Positions 37,719 to 48,149 of a DNA stretch of 64,000 nt are shown in pieces. Source of the stretch: a virus; IMG/VR virus record IMGVR_UViG_3300032291_003063, positions 5,963 through 69,962 of that record; one strand, 5' to 3'. A program made the translations under genes and the position numbers. The notes beneath the pieces are model-generated. The model made no database searches and was not told where the DNA came from. It was given only the letters and a program-made list of their open reading frames with translations. How positions within the stretch are numbered: the first letter of the stretch is position 1; the number at the start of each line of letters is the position of its first letter.

Positions 37719-37955
37719 ATGATAATGTTTGAGATATATACGGTACCCAATTGTAAGTGGTGCGATAAAGCTAAGGAGTTAGCTACTCGGCTAGGTTATG
37801 ACATTGTAGAAAATGACTTTTATGCCCCGAGTACGTGGGAATGGTTAGAGTGGACAGGAAGTGTGCCGCAGACTGCTCCGCAGATTTTTGTTGATGGAGA
37901 CCACATTGGTGGTTGCCAGGATTTTATGGAATTTATAGATGCAAGTGCAAGTTAA
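37719..37955 (+). CDS. Glutaredoxin
   Basis: CKWC, TAPQIFVDG.HIGG. Confidence 0.85.
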   Translation: MIMFEIYTVPNCKWCDKAKELATRLGYDIVENDFYAPSTWEWLEWTGSVPQTAPQIFVDGDHIGGCQDFMEFIDASAS

Positions 37956-38130
37956 GAATAACAACGTTGACCGGGCTATTCGTAGCCTAAAGCGTAAGCT
38001 AGCTGATGATGGAATGTTTATTAAGCTGGCTCAAAAAGAATACTATGAGAAGCCCTCAGAAAAGCGCAGGCGTAAGCTAAAGTCGGCCATGGTTCGAGAG
38101 CGCAAGCGACAAGAAGAACTGTGCAACTAG
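37939..38130 (+). CDS. rpsU: Ribosomal protein bS21
   Basis: VQVKNNNVDRAIRSLKRK...YYEKPSEKRRRK. Confidence 0.9.
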   Translation: MQVQVKNNNVDRAIRSLKRKLADDGMFIKLAQKEYYEKPSEKRRRKLKSAMVRERKRQEELCN

Positions 38131-38456
38131 ATTGTTTAGCACAGGCCGTATACTATGAGGCTCGTGGAGAGTCTACACTAGGCCAAAAAGCCGTTGCATA
38201 TGTTGTAATCAATCGGGGTAAGCCCTGTAAGGTTATTAAATGCGGCGCTTTCAGCTGGAAATGTAAGCCCCAAAAAGCTCCATATGGAGAGGCTTGGATT
38301 GCTGCGCAATCTGTTGCTAAATATGTTTGGAATAACCCTGAGTTAGATGTAACTCAGGGAGCTACACATTTTCATTCGGGTAAAAAACCTTACTGGGTAA
38401 GAAGTATGGACTTCACAATTAAAATTGGAAGACACTACTTTTATAGGGACAAATGA
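38121..38456 (+). CDS. SleB-like cell wall hydrolase
   Basis: CLAQAVYYEARGE, VVINR, GATHFH, IGRHYFY. Confidence 0.85.
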   Translation: MQLDCLAQAVYYEARGESTLGQKAVAYVVINRGKPCKVIKCGAFSWKCKPQKAPYGEAWIAAQSVAKYVWNNPELDVTQGATHFHSGKKPYWVRSMDFTIKIGRHYFYRDK

Positions 38457-38815
38457 ACGTAATATTCTTTGATGTGATGGGGGTACTTATTACTGGAGCC
38501 CCCGATTTGTTTATTGACGCTTCTAGTATAGAAAGCTGGAATTGTATTGTACTTAGAAATCTGGCAACAGACACAGGGTCTACTTTAGTTGCTAGAAATT
38601 CTCCGGTGACTGCGGCTGAATTGACTGCTGCGGTTGGATTACCAGTTATTATTGCCGATCCCGCGGAGTATTTAGACAATCACACTGTGAATAACTTTGT
38701 GCTAATTATTTCAAGTGACGAGCCCGGCAGAAACTATATGACTGATTGGAAGTTTGGAATTACTCCCACAGATGCTGTAAAGGTAAAGAAATGGTTAGAT
38801 ACTGGAACCCTTTAA
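38453..38815 (+). CDS. Degenerate HAD-like domain protein
   Basis: VIFFDVMGVL N-terminus. Confidence 0.45.
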   Translation: MNVIFFDVMGVLITGAPDLFIDASSIESWNCIVLRNLATDTGSTLVARNSPVTAAELTAAVGLPVIIADPAEYLDNHTVNNFVLIISSDEPGRNYMTDWKFGITPTDAVKVKKWLDTGTL

Positions 38816-39244
38816 TGAATAGGTCTTACTCCAAAGAGGATCTAATTAAAGATTTCTGGCCCTGGTGGTCGGAAAAAATGATTGAAAGATACGGAGAAGA
38901 TTCTCCGATTATTACACACGACAATTGTATTGAAGATTGGTTGATGGTGAATTATGGACATAAGATTGAGTCAGATGACAGAAATAGAGCTAATTAATAA
39001 GCTAGAAGGTATTCTAGTGCACATTAGAAACTCTGCGGCTCCAAGTGGTTACATCTATAGACTTGCGGAAAAAACTGTCGAGGATATAGAGGATTGGAAG
39101 AATGGACGGGAGTGAGTTTTACACAGCAGTTATACTCGCACTGCTAATATATGCGGGATTGGCTGTTTTTAACCCCCTATTTGCGTTTATTGGTATTGCA
39201 TACACTGTATTTATGTGTTTGATAGCCTACGGGGCTAGTGAGTA

Positions 39245-39934
39245 ATGAGGTACTTAATTCTGGGTGGAAAAGGCTTTATTGGCTCCGTGCTACAGGAATT
39301 TATTGAGGCCGATATTGTAGATCAAGGTGACGTCGTTACTAAGTCTTACGACGTAGTGTTTGACTTAGCGGCCTATCATTCAGTAACTGAGTCAGTCAAG
39401 AACCCGCAGATGTATATTCAAAATAATACTTACTGGCCTGGAAAAGTGGAGACAGATCACTATGTGTTTGCCAGTAGTGCGGCGGTTTATGGAGAAGGAA
39501 ATGGTCCTATCAATCCTTACGGAGTCAGTAAGGCTATGGCCGAAAACTTGGTCAACCAATATGCCCGCAAGACTATTTTTCGGTTATTTAATGTAGCTGG
39601 TGGGACTAAGGTTAAGGACCATAACAGGCGAATTATTCCTATTTTTAAGCGGGAACCTAATCCTGTTATTTTCGGAAAAGACTACCCTACTCCCGATGGT
39701 ACAGCAATTAGAACATATATTCATGTAGTTGATGTATGCAAAGCACTGCTTAAAAAGCCCGAGGGTACTTACGATCTTGGCCTGCACATTGCCAGCAATA
39801 AGGATATTGCTGACCTGTGCGGAGTTATTCCGACGTATGCAGATGCTAGACCTGGAGAGCCGGCTCGATTAGTCGGCGGAAACTATATGGTAGACAGCCC
39901 TAAAACATTAGAGGAGATTATTGATGATTCTTAG
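39245..39934 (+). CDS. NAD-dependent epimerase/dehydratase (GalE-like)
   Basis: GGKGFIG, ASSAAVYG, YGVSK, TPDGTAIRTYIHV. Confidence 0.85.
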   Translation: MRYLILGGKGFIGSVLQEFIEADIVDQGDVVTKSYDVVFDLAAYHSVTESVKNPQMYIQNNTYWPGKVETDHYVFASSAAVYGEGNGPINPYGVSKAMAENLVNQYARKTIFRLFNVAGGTKVKDHNRRIIPIFKREPNPVIFGKDYPTPDGTAIRTYIHVVDVCKALLKKPEGTYDLGLHIASNKDIADLCGVIPTYADARPGEPARLVGGNYMVDSPKTLEEIIDDS

Positions 39935-40226
39935 GGAACTTTCAGACGACGCACTAGTTAAACTTGCTGGTGACTTTATAGAGTATAAGTACGGAAACGT
40001 ACCATTGCTTCACCGGTTTAGAGCGGGCGAAATGATTGATCACTGGTCTAGTTTGGGAGCAATTCTCACTATTAGGAATAGTGAGCATAAGGATATGAAG
40101 CTTTTAGCTGCTATGGATAACCTTAGTGAACGTGACTGGCTTTTTCACCGTGCTCACGAATTATTTCTCGACCCAGACAACAGAAGGTGGTACTATGATG
40201 GTAATGGAAATAAGCGCTGCACTTAG
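39921..40226 (+). CDS. Hypothetical protein
   Basis: GAGGAG RBS. Confidence 0.55.
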   Translation: MMILRELSDDALVKLAGDFIEYKYGNVPLLHRFRAGEMIDHWSSLGAILTIRNSEHKDMKLLAAMDNLSERDWLFHRAHELFLDPDNRRWYYDGNGNKRCT

Positions 40227-40435
40227 CGCATACTTTATGGCCCAGCTTCTTCTTCCCGGGTCGGGCCTTTTGGTTATTCTAGTAATTACTTGGTTGGTTG
40301 TTTCTCATCACTTTGGGTATGACCCTCGATGATAACGGTAAAAGTAATTACTATAATTATACAGTTAATAACTATAATCATAAATTTAGTAGTCATATTT
40401 AGTATGGACTCACTGATAAAAAGGATTGAAAAACT

Positions 40436-40699
40436 ATGAGACCACATTATAACCTTTTGATTAAAGAAGTGGTGCGTCGATTTCCTTATGAAGATCTGTC
40501 AGCAGAAGTGCTTGTTGAAAGGGTTGTAGCTCTAGAGCGTGGGGGCTGGGTTCCGTTTGTTCCGCCCGAACTTCAAAAAGCTCGCGAAAAGTATGCGGAA
40601 CTATACCCCGTTGTCGGACATGAGGCTATTGTTGGGGCGTTTGATGATCGGGATACTATGCAACTATTGGTAAAAATGATTAAGAGAGGTGATTTTTGA
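40436..40699 (+). CDS. Hypothetical protein (GW.P..P family)
   Basis: Motif shared with the ORFs at 40696 and 42001. Confidence 0.55.
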   Translation: MRPHYNLLIKEVVRRFPYEDLSAEVLVERVVALERGGWVPFVPPELQKAREKYAELYPVVGHEAIVGAFDDRDTMQLLVKMIKRGDF

Positions 40700-40974
40700 A
40701 TACGATGTCTGACTACAAAATTGTGCTAGAGGCTGTGCGACTATACAACGAAAAGCCGTCGCCTATTTATAATAAAGACCCCATCTTTGATATTGCTTTA
40801 ATTGCAATTCAGCTTGTTCGTGAAGGTTGGAAGCCTGTAGACCCTGACCTGCTGGTGGTACAAAAACTTTTGGCTGAATGTCACCCAGAGCTTAAAGAAG
40901 GTTACTTAGACGGCTGGCTCGATGTTGAGGATGCTGTTATCGCCTACAAAGCTGGAAAGGCTGTCAATGCTTGA
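40696..40974 (+). CDS. Hypothetical protein (REGW.PVDPD family)
   Basis: VREGWKPVDPDLL...AYKAG. Confidence 0.55.
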   Translation: MNTMSDYKIVLEAVRLYNEKPSPIYNKDPIFDIALIAIQLVREGWKPVDPDLLVVQKLLAECHPELKEGYLDGWLDVEDAVIAYKAGKAVNA

Positions 40975-41482
40975 GTTTATTTCACTTGCAGCAATACCAC
41001 TGTTTAGTTGGGCTGACCGCCGTGTAGGCTCCGGAGGCCCCAACGTTATTGGGCCTTTTGGGGGCCGAAGTGTTGGTTTTATTACTGCCGGAGTTATTGG
41101 GGCGGGCCTTGGCTATGTTGCTCTCGGCCCGGCAGGAGCGATTCTGGGGCCTTTCTGGTCTGTATATCGCTCGCTGGATTTTAAGCATGGAGCCCTCATT
41201 CCGGTTAACACCAAAGAACGAATTAACGCCGCTTTAAGGCACCTACTCTCGATGTTAGTTGCAGTACCGATGTTTTTCCTAGGAGGACCTTGGCTGGCTG
41301 CTGCTATCGTTATGGCGGTGTTCGCAGTTGTAGCTATTTCACTAGCTTATTGGTTGGGAGGAAAGCTAATTGGCTGCCGTGAGCAGGGGCTAGCCTGGAA
41401 TGACAGTTGGCATGTTAAATCTGAACACCTACGAGGCGCCGCTTATGGTGTTGCTTTTGCGGCGATTTGCCTGATCGGTTAA
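40967..41482 (+). CDS. Multi-pass membrane protein
   Basis: Several hydrophobic helices. Confidence 0.6.
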   Translation: MLEFISLAAIPLFSWADRRVGSGGPNVIGPFGGRSVGFITAGVIGAGLGYVALGPAGAILGPFWSVYRSLDFKHGALIPVNTKERINAALRHLLSMLVAVPMFFLGGPWLAAAIVMAVFAVVAISLAYWLGGKLIGCREQGLAWNDSWHVKSEHLRGAAYGVAFAAICLIG

Positions 41483-41540
41483 AATAACTCTTGACTTTTA
41501 CGGTTTTTGATATATAATAGAGACTTAATTGGAAAATATT

Positions 41541-43656
41541 ATGACTGACTGGAAAGAACACGACGGCGGGCTCATTGCTCTGCGTCTGGAGTGCATGAAG
41601 ATGGCGGTAGAACTCGTAGCTTCAAGCAGTTCACCCTCTGGACGAGTATCCGACGTAGAGAGACTAGCCGACACCCTCCTCACTTATGTCACCAAGGAAT
41701 GGAACTAATGATTGACTGGAAAGAACACGACGGCGGACCCCAGCCGGTTGCGGATGATGTGTGGGTGGCAATCCGCTACACGTATGATGGCCCCGCAGAC
41801 CAAACCTATTGGTGGAAGCAGTTGGAATACCGCATCCTCAACCAACACCTGATCGACGCCGCCCGGCTGGAAGGCATCCGGCTAGGGCTGGAGGCTGCTG
41901 CGAATGAGGCTAACGTTGACTGGTTTGATCCAGCGAGCCGCAGTCAGGCTAGGCTGACCGTCGCCAACATCCCCGCCACCATCGCAAAGGAGAATGCACG
42001 ATGACCGCGACGTATGAACAGATCGAAGATGAGGCGCATCGCCGCTTTGACGAAAACCAATGCTCCACGCACACCTTAACCTACTACATCATCGACGTGA
42101 CCCGCGAAGGCTGGACCCCGCCGCCGCCGGTTGACCCGGATGTGCTGGCGGTGCGCGAAGTGCTGGCCCGGCCTGAAGTTGGGGGCGCGATTAACAGCAC
42201 CAGTTATCTCGAAGGCTACTACGACAACGAAAGAAGCTTCAAACTGGCCCTCGCCGCATACAAAGCCGGAAGGGCTGCACGATGAGCGAGCCCGACGAGG
42301 CCCTGCTGTGGGCGAGATCGCAAGTCCCCGAATATTGGTATGAAGACCCGGGCGACATTGAGTGGCGAGCGCGAGCCTACCGCGCCGGGCAGGCCGCATC
42401 CGCCGAGCGGATTAAGGCGCTGGAGGAAGTGGGTGGTCTGTTGGCTTGGCTGGCAGAACACCCGGAGATCGAACTTTCGTGGGGCGTTTCCGGGGACGCG
42501 AGCGAATGTCTTTGGCGCGTTCACTCTGTCAGCGGCGGGATCAACGACCGTGAATGGCGACTGGTGGACGTGGGGCACACGCCGACCGAAGCCCTAACTA
42601 ACGCCCGCAACTTGCTCAAGGAGGCTGACCAGTGAGTAGCTACGAAATCTTTTTGGGGTTCGGAATTATTACCGCCTTCAACGCCTTTATTGCCATTGTC
42701 GTAGTGTATCAGCAACTTGTGATTATGCGACTGAACGCGGCTGTTCGTTACTTGCTACGCAAGGAGGCTGACCAGTGAGTGATGATGAACGCATTGAGGC
42801 GCTAGAGGCTGAACTTGTTAGACACATGGCAGAACTTCGCTGGAGGATTGTGGTCTTCGGTCTGTTCTGCGCTGCGTGGGGTGGAGCGGTTGTTTGGGCG
42901 CTGCACCAATGAACCCCGCATGGCTGATCAACGAAATCCTCCGCGCCATCTTCGGTCCGCCTAAACCCCGCCGTCCGCCGCTGCAAATGCCCGATGACCG
43001 CAACTATGGCGGGCCTGAGCGGCGGTTCAACGGCTGGCCTAACACGACACGAAAGGACCCTTGGTCATGATGACGGCTCAAATAACTTGCCTGTGTTTTA
43101 TGTCCCTTATCGGCACAGGTTGCCTTGGTTGGGTCACAGAGTGGGACCGCATGTCCCGCCGCAAGCAATTTCTCATCGCCGCATGGCTGGCTTTCTGGCT
43201 TGGCCCGCCGCTGTATTTTATTTGGACAAAGGGAGTATTAGGGTAATGGTGACCGTGATAATTTTACTATTTATAGTTTGGCTCTGGACTGGAATGAGAA
43301 AACCCTACTAATGGAAAGATATAGACAAGCATACGACGATTTTATGGATTTGGAACGGCTTGCGTATGGACGTTCAAGCGAGGGCTCCTTTTGGGCAGCT
43401 CTAAGACCCTATTGGGAGGAGGCACGAAATCACTACCGAAGCGCATACTTTGACTGTTTTGGACACTTACCTGGTTAAAAACACGGTCATTAAAGACTTT
43501 AAGAAAAATTTATACGCCGGAGACAGTGTAGTGCTTATCGCATATTCTGAGACCGAAGCGGTTGTATTTAAGGATGGGTTCTGGGTCACACACATTACTA
43601 ATCTAGAAACTGCAGATTTTGCCAGATGTTGGATGGAGGCTCTAGGGGAAACCTAG
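41541..43656 (+). other. Tightly coupled run of small hypothetical genes (41541, 41708, 42001, 42282, 42632, 42775, 42909, 43067, 43246, 43311, 43450)
   Basis: ATGA/GTGA overlaps and AAGGAGG RBSs; promoter at about 41491-41519. Confidence 0.55.
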
Positions 43657-44197
43657 AGCCTTTATTTTTGTATCCATGACAAAAAATAGATTAAAAATGT
43701 TCTTGCATTTTCTAGAAAGTTGTGATACAATCATAACAATTGTGAAGAGAAAGAAATGACAATGCAGCAATTAATCAGACCCGAAGCGAAGTCGTTCAAC
43801 TGGGGGTTATTTGTCATTTGGGTTGGGGGCGTAGCACAAAGCGAAGCCCCCTAACCACATAGACACATATGCCCCAGTGTTGAACGGGTTCGCAGCTAGA
43901 ATATGTAACTTCGTTACCGACGAAGATTTACCTCTGATAACCGCTGAAATAAGTCATGGACTAAGAACGACCAAAGCGAGTCGTGCACAATTCGATCAAT
44001 GTTGTTAAGAAATTTACAAACGTGAATCAAAAATAGCATTGATCTAAGGCTCGAAGTGTGTCTTTACAAATTGTAACGAAGTAAAATTTTCTGGTGAAAG
44101 AGGTTCTTGGTTATGAACTGCTGTTTATGCTTTTATTAAGAAACAAAAGTAAGAGGGACCGCGCCGCGATTTTTCTCAATCCGACACAATTGTCACA

Positions 44198-44234
44198 AAA
44201 ATACCCTCTGGCTCACACCAGAGGGTTTCTTTTT
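44198..44234. terminator. Bidirectional terminator
   Basis: aaaataccctctgg-ctcaca-ccagagggtttctttt. Confidence 0.75.
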
Positions 44235-44523
44235 ATTCGTAGCTCAAATATTCCACTAGCTTTCGAAGGTCTTCTTTTCCAGCTTTTACTAGTGTCGGTA
44301 GTTCAATTCCGAAACGATCCTCGATCTGGCTGACTAGTGCTGCCTTACTGACAATCTCTTGACCCGTCTTGTCTAGGCGAGCCTTTTTGTAGATTCCCAT
44401 TTTCGCTAGCTTTGCTATAACGCTTCGAGTGCTCCGGTTTAATTCAAGGCTTAGCTCCTCGACAGTCTTGCCAGGGTACGCCTCAAGTGCTTCGACCTCT
44501 TCTTTTGTGTACATTTTCCCCAC
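44233..44523 (-). CDS. A2-like DNA-binding protein (paralogue)
   Basis: RSVIAKL..GIY...KTG...KAALV..I...L.KA.K..L pattern. Confidence 0.6.
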   Translation of the reverse strand: MGKMYTKEEVEALEAYPGKTVEELSLELNRSTRSVIAKLAKMGIYKKARLDKTGQEIVSKAALVSQIEDRFGIELPTLVKAGKEDLRKLVEYLSYE

Positions 44524-45125
44524 TCATGCAAAATTGCTTCTTCCATTCCACGTGCTTCGATTTCCCAAGGTGCCCACCAATATTGCGACTTGGTACCAAT
44601 AGGATATTCCTCTCCTCTGTAGAAACCCTTGTCTCCAAGGATCACTAGTCCGGACTGAAACTGCATCTGATGAGCCATTTCGTGGAAAATAACTCGAGGC
44701 AGCTCATCTGCTGGGCAGTTAACGACGATCTCTCCGGGCGTTGCCTCAGCGTAGTGATTAAAGTAACCTCGCTTTAGCCTTGGCTCGGGCACCTTAAGCA
44801 GCTTAGCGGCCCATGTTACTAGATCGGGCTTGCCTCGTTCGATGACGGGTTCTTCCTCGGCATCTTCGGGCACCCACACTGCTCCTGGGATCAACTCATC
44901 TAGAATAACTACGTCGGCCGTTTTTCCTACTAAATCATCAAACGACTTTCCTCTAGATGAGGCATTTTTTTCTTCTGGTCCGTCAGGTAGCCTGCTTCTC
45001 CAGAATTTTTCGATCTCGTCCAACTTATTTCCTACTGGTTCTTGTTCTAGCCAAGCTTGAGACTCAGCGTAGTCGTCTCCGGATCGTAAGCGTTCCTTGT
45101 TCAGTTCGGTAAGGTCAAAGTCCAT
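44451..45125 (-). CDS. Putative zinc metallopeptidase-domain protein
   Basis: FHEMAHQMQ (HExxH) and PWEIEA; AGGAG RBS before ATG 45125. Confidence 0.6.
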   Translation of the reverse strand: MDFDLTELNKERLRSGDDYAESQAWLEQEPVGNKLDEIEKFWRSRLPDGPEEKNASSRGKSFDDLVGKTADVVILDELIPGAVWVPEDAEEEPVIERGKPDLVTWAAKLLKVPEPRLKRGYFNHYAEATPGEIVVNCPADELPRVIFHEMAHQMQFQSGLVILGDKGFYRGEEYPIGTKSQYWWAPWEIEARGMEEAILHEWGKCTQKKRSKHLRRTLARLSRS

Positions 45126-45825
45126 CAAACCAGCTCCTAATTTGGCGGTTTGATTCAAACCACACCCACACTATAATCAATACAAATACTCCAGATAATA
45201 TCATTTTTTGGCGCCACGCGTAACTTCCATGCGACAATTATAGCATATTTGCGTAAAATGTCAAGTTCTATTTCAACTTGACCTAATTTGCTCCCGGCAA
45301 CTCACATCTGGGGCGACTTGCCCCGACCTGAGGTAAAATAGGACTTGACACGCGTGCTGGCCCATGGTATACTTTGAATGCCGTAGCTCATGCACTGGCG
45401 CGGCCAGCTAATAAAAATATGTCAACCACTGGCGCTACCAGTTTGGCTAAAATATGACTTGACATGGCCGCTGTTTGGCCTTATAATGGTGTGATGCCTC
45501 AAAACTTCAGCACGCGGTACACAACGGCCGTATACCACGCACTGGCGCGGAGCACTTAAAGACCATAGCTCGCGCACTGGCGCAGGGAGCTGCGCTGGGT
45601 GAGGTTGCGACTCATTCGCACAAACAAAGGGCTTGACAGGGTTTCTAGTGCGTGGTATACTGGAGTGATGGGCCAAATTTTTGGCGCGTGGGGTGTTGCA
45701 ATTTTGCAACACCCCTATTGATCTAGGCGACAACCTCTTGATAGGGGCGTCCACTGGCCGTAGGCCGGGGCCAAGTTCCGCGACGCGCCTCATAAGCTTG
45801 CGGGGTTGTGTCCTAGATCAAAGGC

Positions 45826-46256
45826 CTATTCGGGATCGATAGTCAGGAAAACAAAAGACACTTCTCCACACTCTTCCATGTGTTCGAGGTTCTCAAAGTC
45901 CCCTTGCTCATCTTCAGTGGTAAAAAGGCCTTCGACCTCTCCATAAAGCTTTGTAGCATATTCCCGCGCCTTGTCAAGAGTAGAAAAAACAACTCCCTCA
46001 AAATAACCGTTCGGGTCGAAATTGTCAATGATCTGATACATTAAAAATTCTCCGGTTCGGGGTCTAGATACATTTCCGAAAAAACCACAACCCCCGCCAT
46101 TTCCATATGAGCGAGGCTTTCCCATTGGCGCATAATATCGTCAGCCCCAATGCTTCCGTCTTCGGTGAAATACTTTGTAGCATATTCCCGCGCCTTGTCA
46201 ATAGTAGAAAAGACAAGATGCTGAAACATGTAATCCGGGTCAAAAATCTGATACAT
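45826..46256 (-). other. Two tandem paralogous small acidic genes (45826-46041 and 46041-46256)
   Basis: Both MYQI...VFST.DKAREYATK...L.HME..G.V.F....DPE, with shared DNA sequence. Confidence 0.7.
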
Positions 46257-46313
46257 GATATCCCTCTCTGTAATCCCGGCTAGATTACTCTAGCCGGGAC
46301 ACATTGTCAAGCC

Positions 46314-46625
46314 TTACTCTTCCGAGATAATCAGGCGAGCCAGAACGGCTTGAAGGCTATTCTTGCTGGCCTTTTCCAAGCCGTCAAGATTGCCCGGAAC
46401 AAACTTAGCGATTTCTTCGACAAGGGTTTCCTTGCGAATAACCGCTTCGCCCGTCTTAGACACGTTAGCCTTGCGCTCATAAGGCACATTCATGCGAATA
46501 GCCTTAGCGGTAATAGACCGCGCCGACTTTCCAAGGGTTGCGCCAAGGGCTTCTGCCTTAGCTTGATTAAGGGGAGCCGCCGCGCGAATAGCGGCTTCCA
46601 TTTCAGGGGTGAACTTAACTTCCAT
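46314..46625 (-). CDS. T5 A2-like pre-early DNA-binding protein
   Basis: SARSITAK...Y.RK...IRKETLV..IAK...LDGLEKA resembles recalled T5 A2; GGAG RBS and own promoter. Confidence 0.65.
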   Translation of the reverse strand: MEVKFTPEMEAAIRAAAPLNQAKAEALGATLGKSARSITAKAIRMNVPYERKANVSKTGEAVIRKETLVEEIAKFVPGNLDGLEKASKNSLQAVLARLIISEE

Positions 46626-47239
46626 TTGTCTTTTTCTCCGTTGCTTTGATGATGTATAATACGACACACACAAGAGTTTGTCAAGAACTTTTTTAGCGGA
46701 GTTTGTTTCCCCCGCCTCTTGAAAATGAATATAGGGCATTCTTAGTCAGGGGTCAAGAACTTTTTTAGAAAAAGATGGGGTTGACAGGGGTGACATACGT
46801 GTGGTATAATTAGTGGGGTGTGCCAATTTTTGGCGCATCGGGTGTTGCATTTCTGCAACACCCTTCGATTTAGTCCCAAAGCTCTCCGGGGCTATACTCT
46901 ACAGTATAGCTAACCCTAGCATACACCTCAATATCTGTAAATTCGAGGGAAAAAATTTCCTCTAGCGTAGCGGAAAAACTTACGTCGTCCACATTAAAGT
47001 GTTGCCAAAAGCCGCCTTCGTCCCGCGCCTTAATGATATACATTAGTCGACCTCCCTTGTGATGCTCAACTTATGGGGAATGATAGCAGCAAATTGCATG
47101 TCTGTCAACCTACAATCGAGATATTGCAATTCGTTTTCTACAAACCTAGCACAAAAATCTCCGAAGCTTTCCCCGTCTTCACTCTGACTTAGCACGTTGC
47201 CCCCGTCAGCGTCAATCGCAATATACATTTTATTTTCCT

Positions 47240-47953
47240 TTATTTGGGTTGATACCAGTCTTTAACCTGAACGTCGCGCCATGTGACCGGCTGAGGATTA
47301 AGATAGACCTTTGGGGACGTTGTGTCAATAAGTTTTTTCAGAATTGGCAATTCATAAAACTTTGCATCTTCTAGGGCTGTATGCGGTTCATCTTCTAGGT
47401 TAGGGTCATTTAGAACAAACCGCGCCATGATTTCGGCTTTAGTCTGAAAAGACATGTTACCGTGCTTAGTAGGATTGTTAAACGCTACGTTATCCAGAAC
47501 AAATTGACGATATGGCTTAGTATGCATCCACCGATTAGCAGAAGCATACCAAAGGCAGAATTGCGTTTCAAAAATTGAAAGGTCAATTCCACTATTCCGA
47601 CATTTGCCTAAGTCAAAGTTTAGGTTATATGCAGTAAGCGCGGGCTTATACTTAGCAAGCGCCTTTGCTAGCCAGCCGTTAACAGCCGGAACACTAGCAA
47701 GCATACGCGATCCGTTAGCTAACATTGCGTCATAAGCGGCGTATCGCTTAGGGAGGTTTTTCTTGCTCCAAAGCGGGTCAGCGTCGCCAATATGGAACAA
47801 CGGATGTTGCTCCCTGTCAAGATAATATTCGCGCACCAAAACGCCACATTCCGCCGCAATATTCCCTTGCCTATCGGCAATAACCGCGCCAAAATCCGCG
47901 ACCATATCGCTTTGCGTCGTTTCTGTATCGACGATTAGAAAATATTTCTTCAT
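47240..47953 (-). CDS. DEDDh 3'-5' exonuclease
   Basis: IVDTETT, AYNLNFD, HTALED. Confidence 0.8.
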   Translation of the reverse strand: MKKYFLIVDTETTQSDMVADFGAVIADRQGNIAAECGVLVREYYLDREQHPLFHIGDADPLWSKKNLPKRYAAYDAMLANGSRMLASVPAVNGWLAKALAKYKPALTAYNLNFDLGKCRNSGIDLSIFETQFCLWYASANRWMHTKPYRQFVLDNVAFNNPTKHGNMSFQTKAEIMARFVLNDPNLEDEPHTALEDAKFYELPILKKLIDTTSPKVYLNPQPVTWRDVQVKDWYQPK

Positions 47954-48149
47954 GGGTTCCCCTTAGTGAAGCTAGATAATACTCTATTTTTAGGCGATTG
48001 CAAGCGAAATGTTTGCTTGACAACCTAGGGCCACACGTGTTATAATTAGTGGGGTGTGCCAATTTTTTGGCGCAAATTTAGGGGGTTGACACGTGTTCTA
48101 GCGCGTGTTATAATTAGTGGGGTTCTCCGAATTTTTGGCGCGGCGGGTG

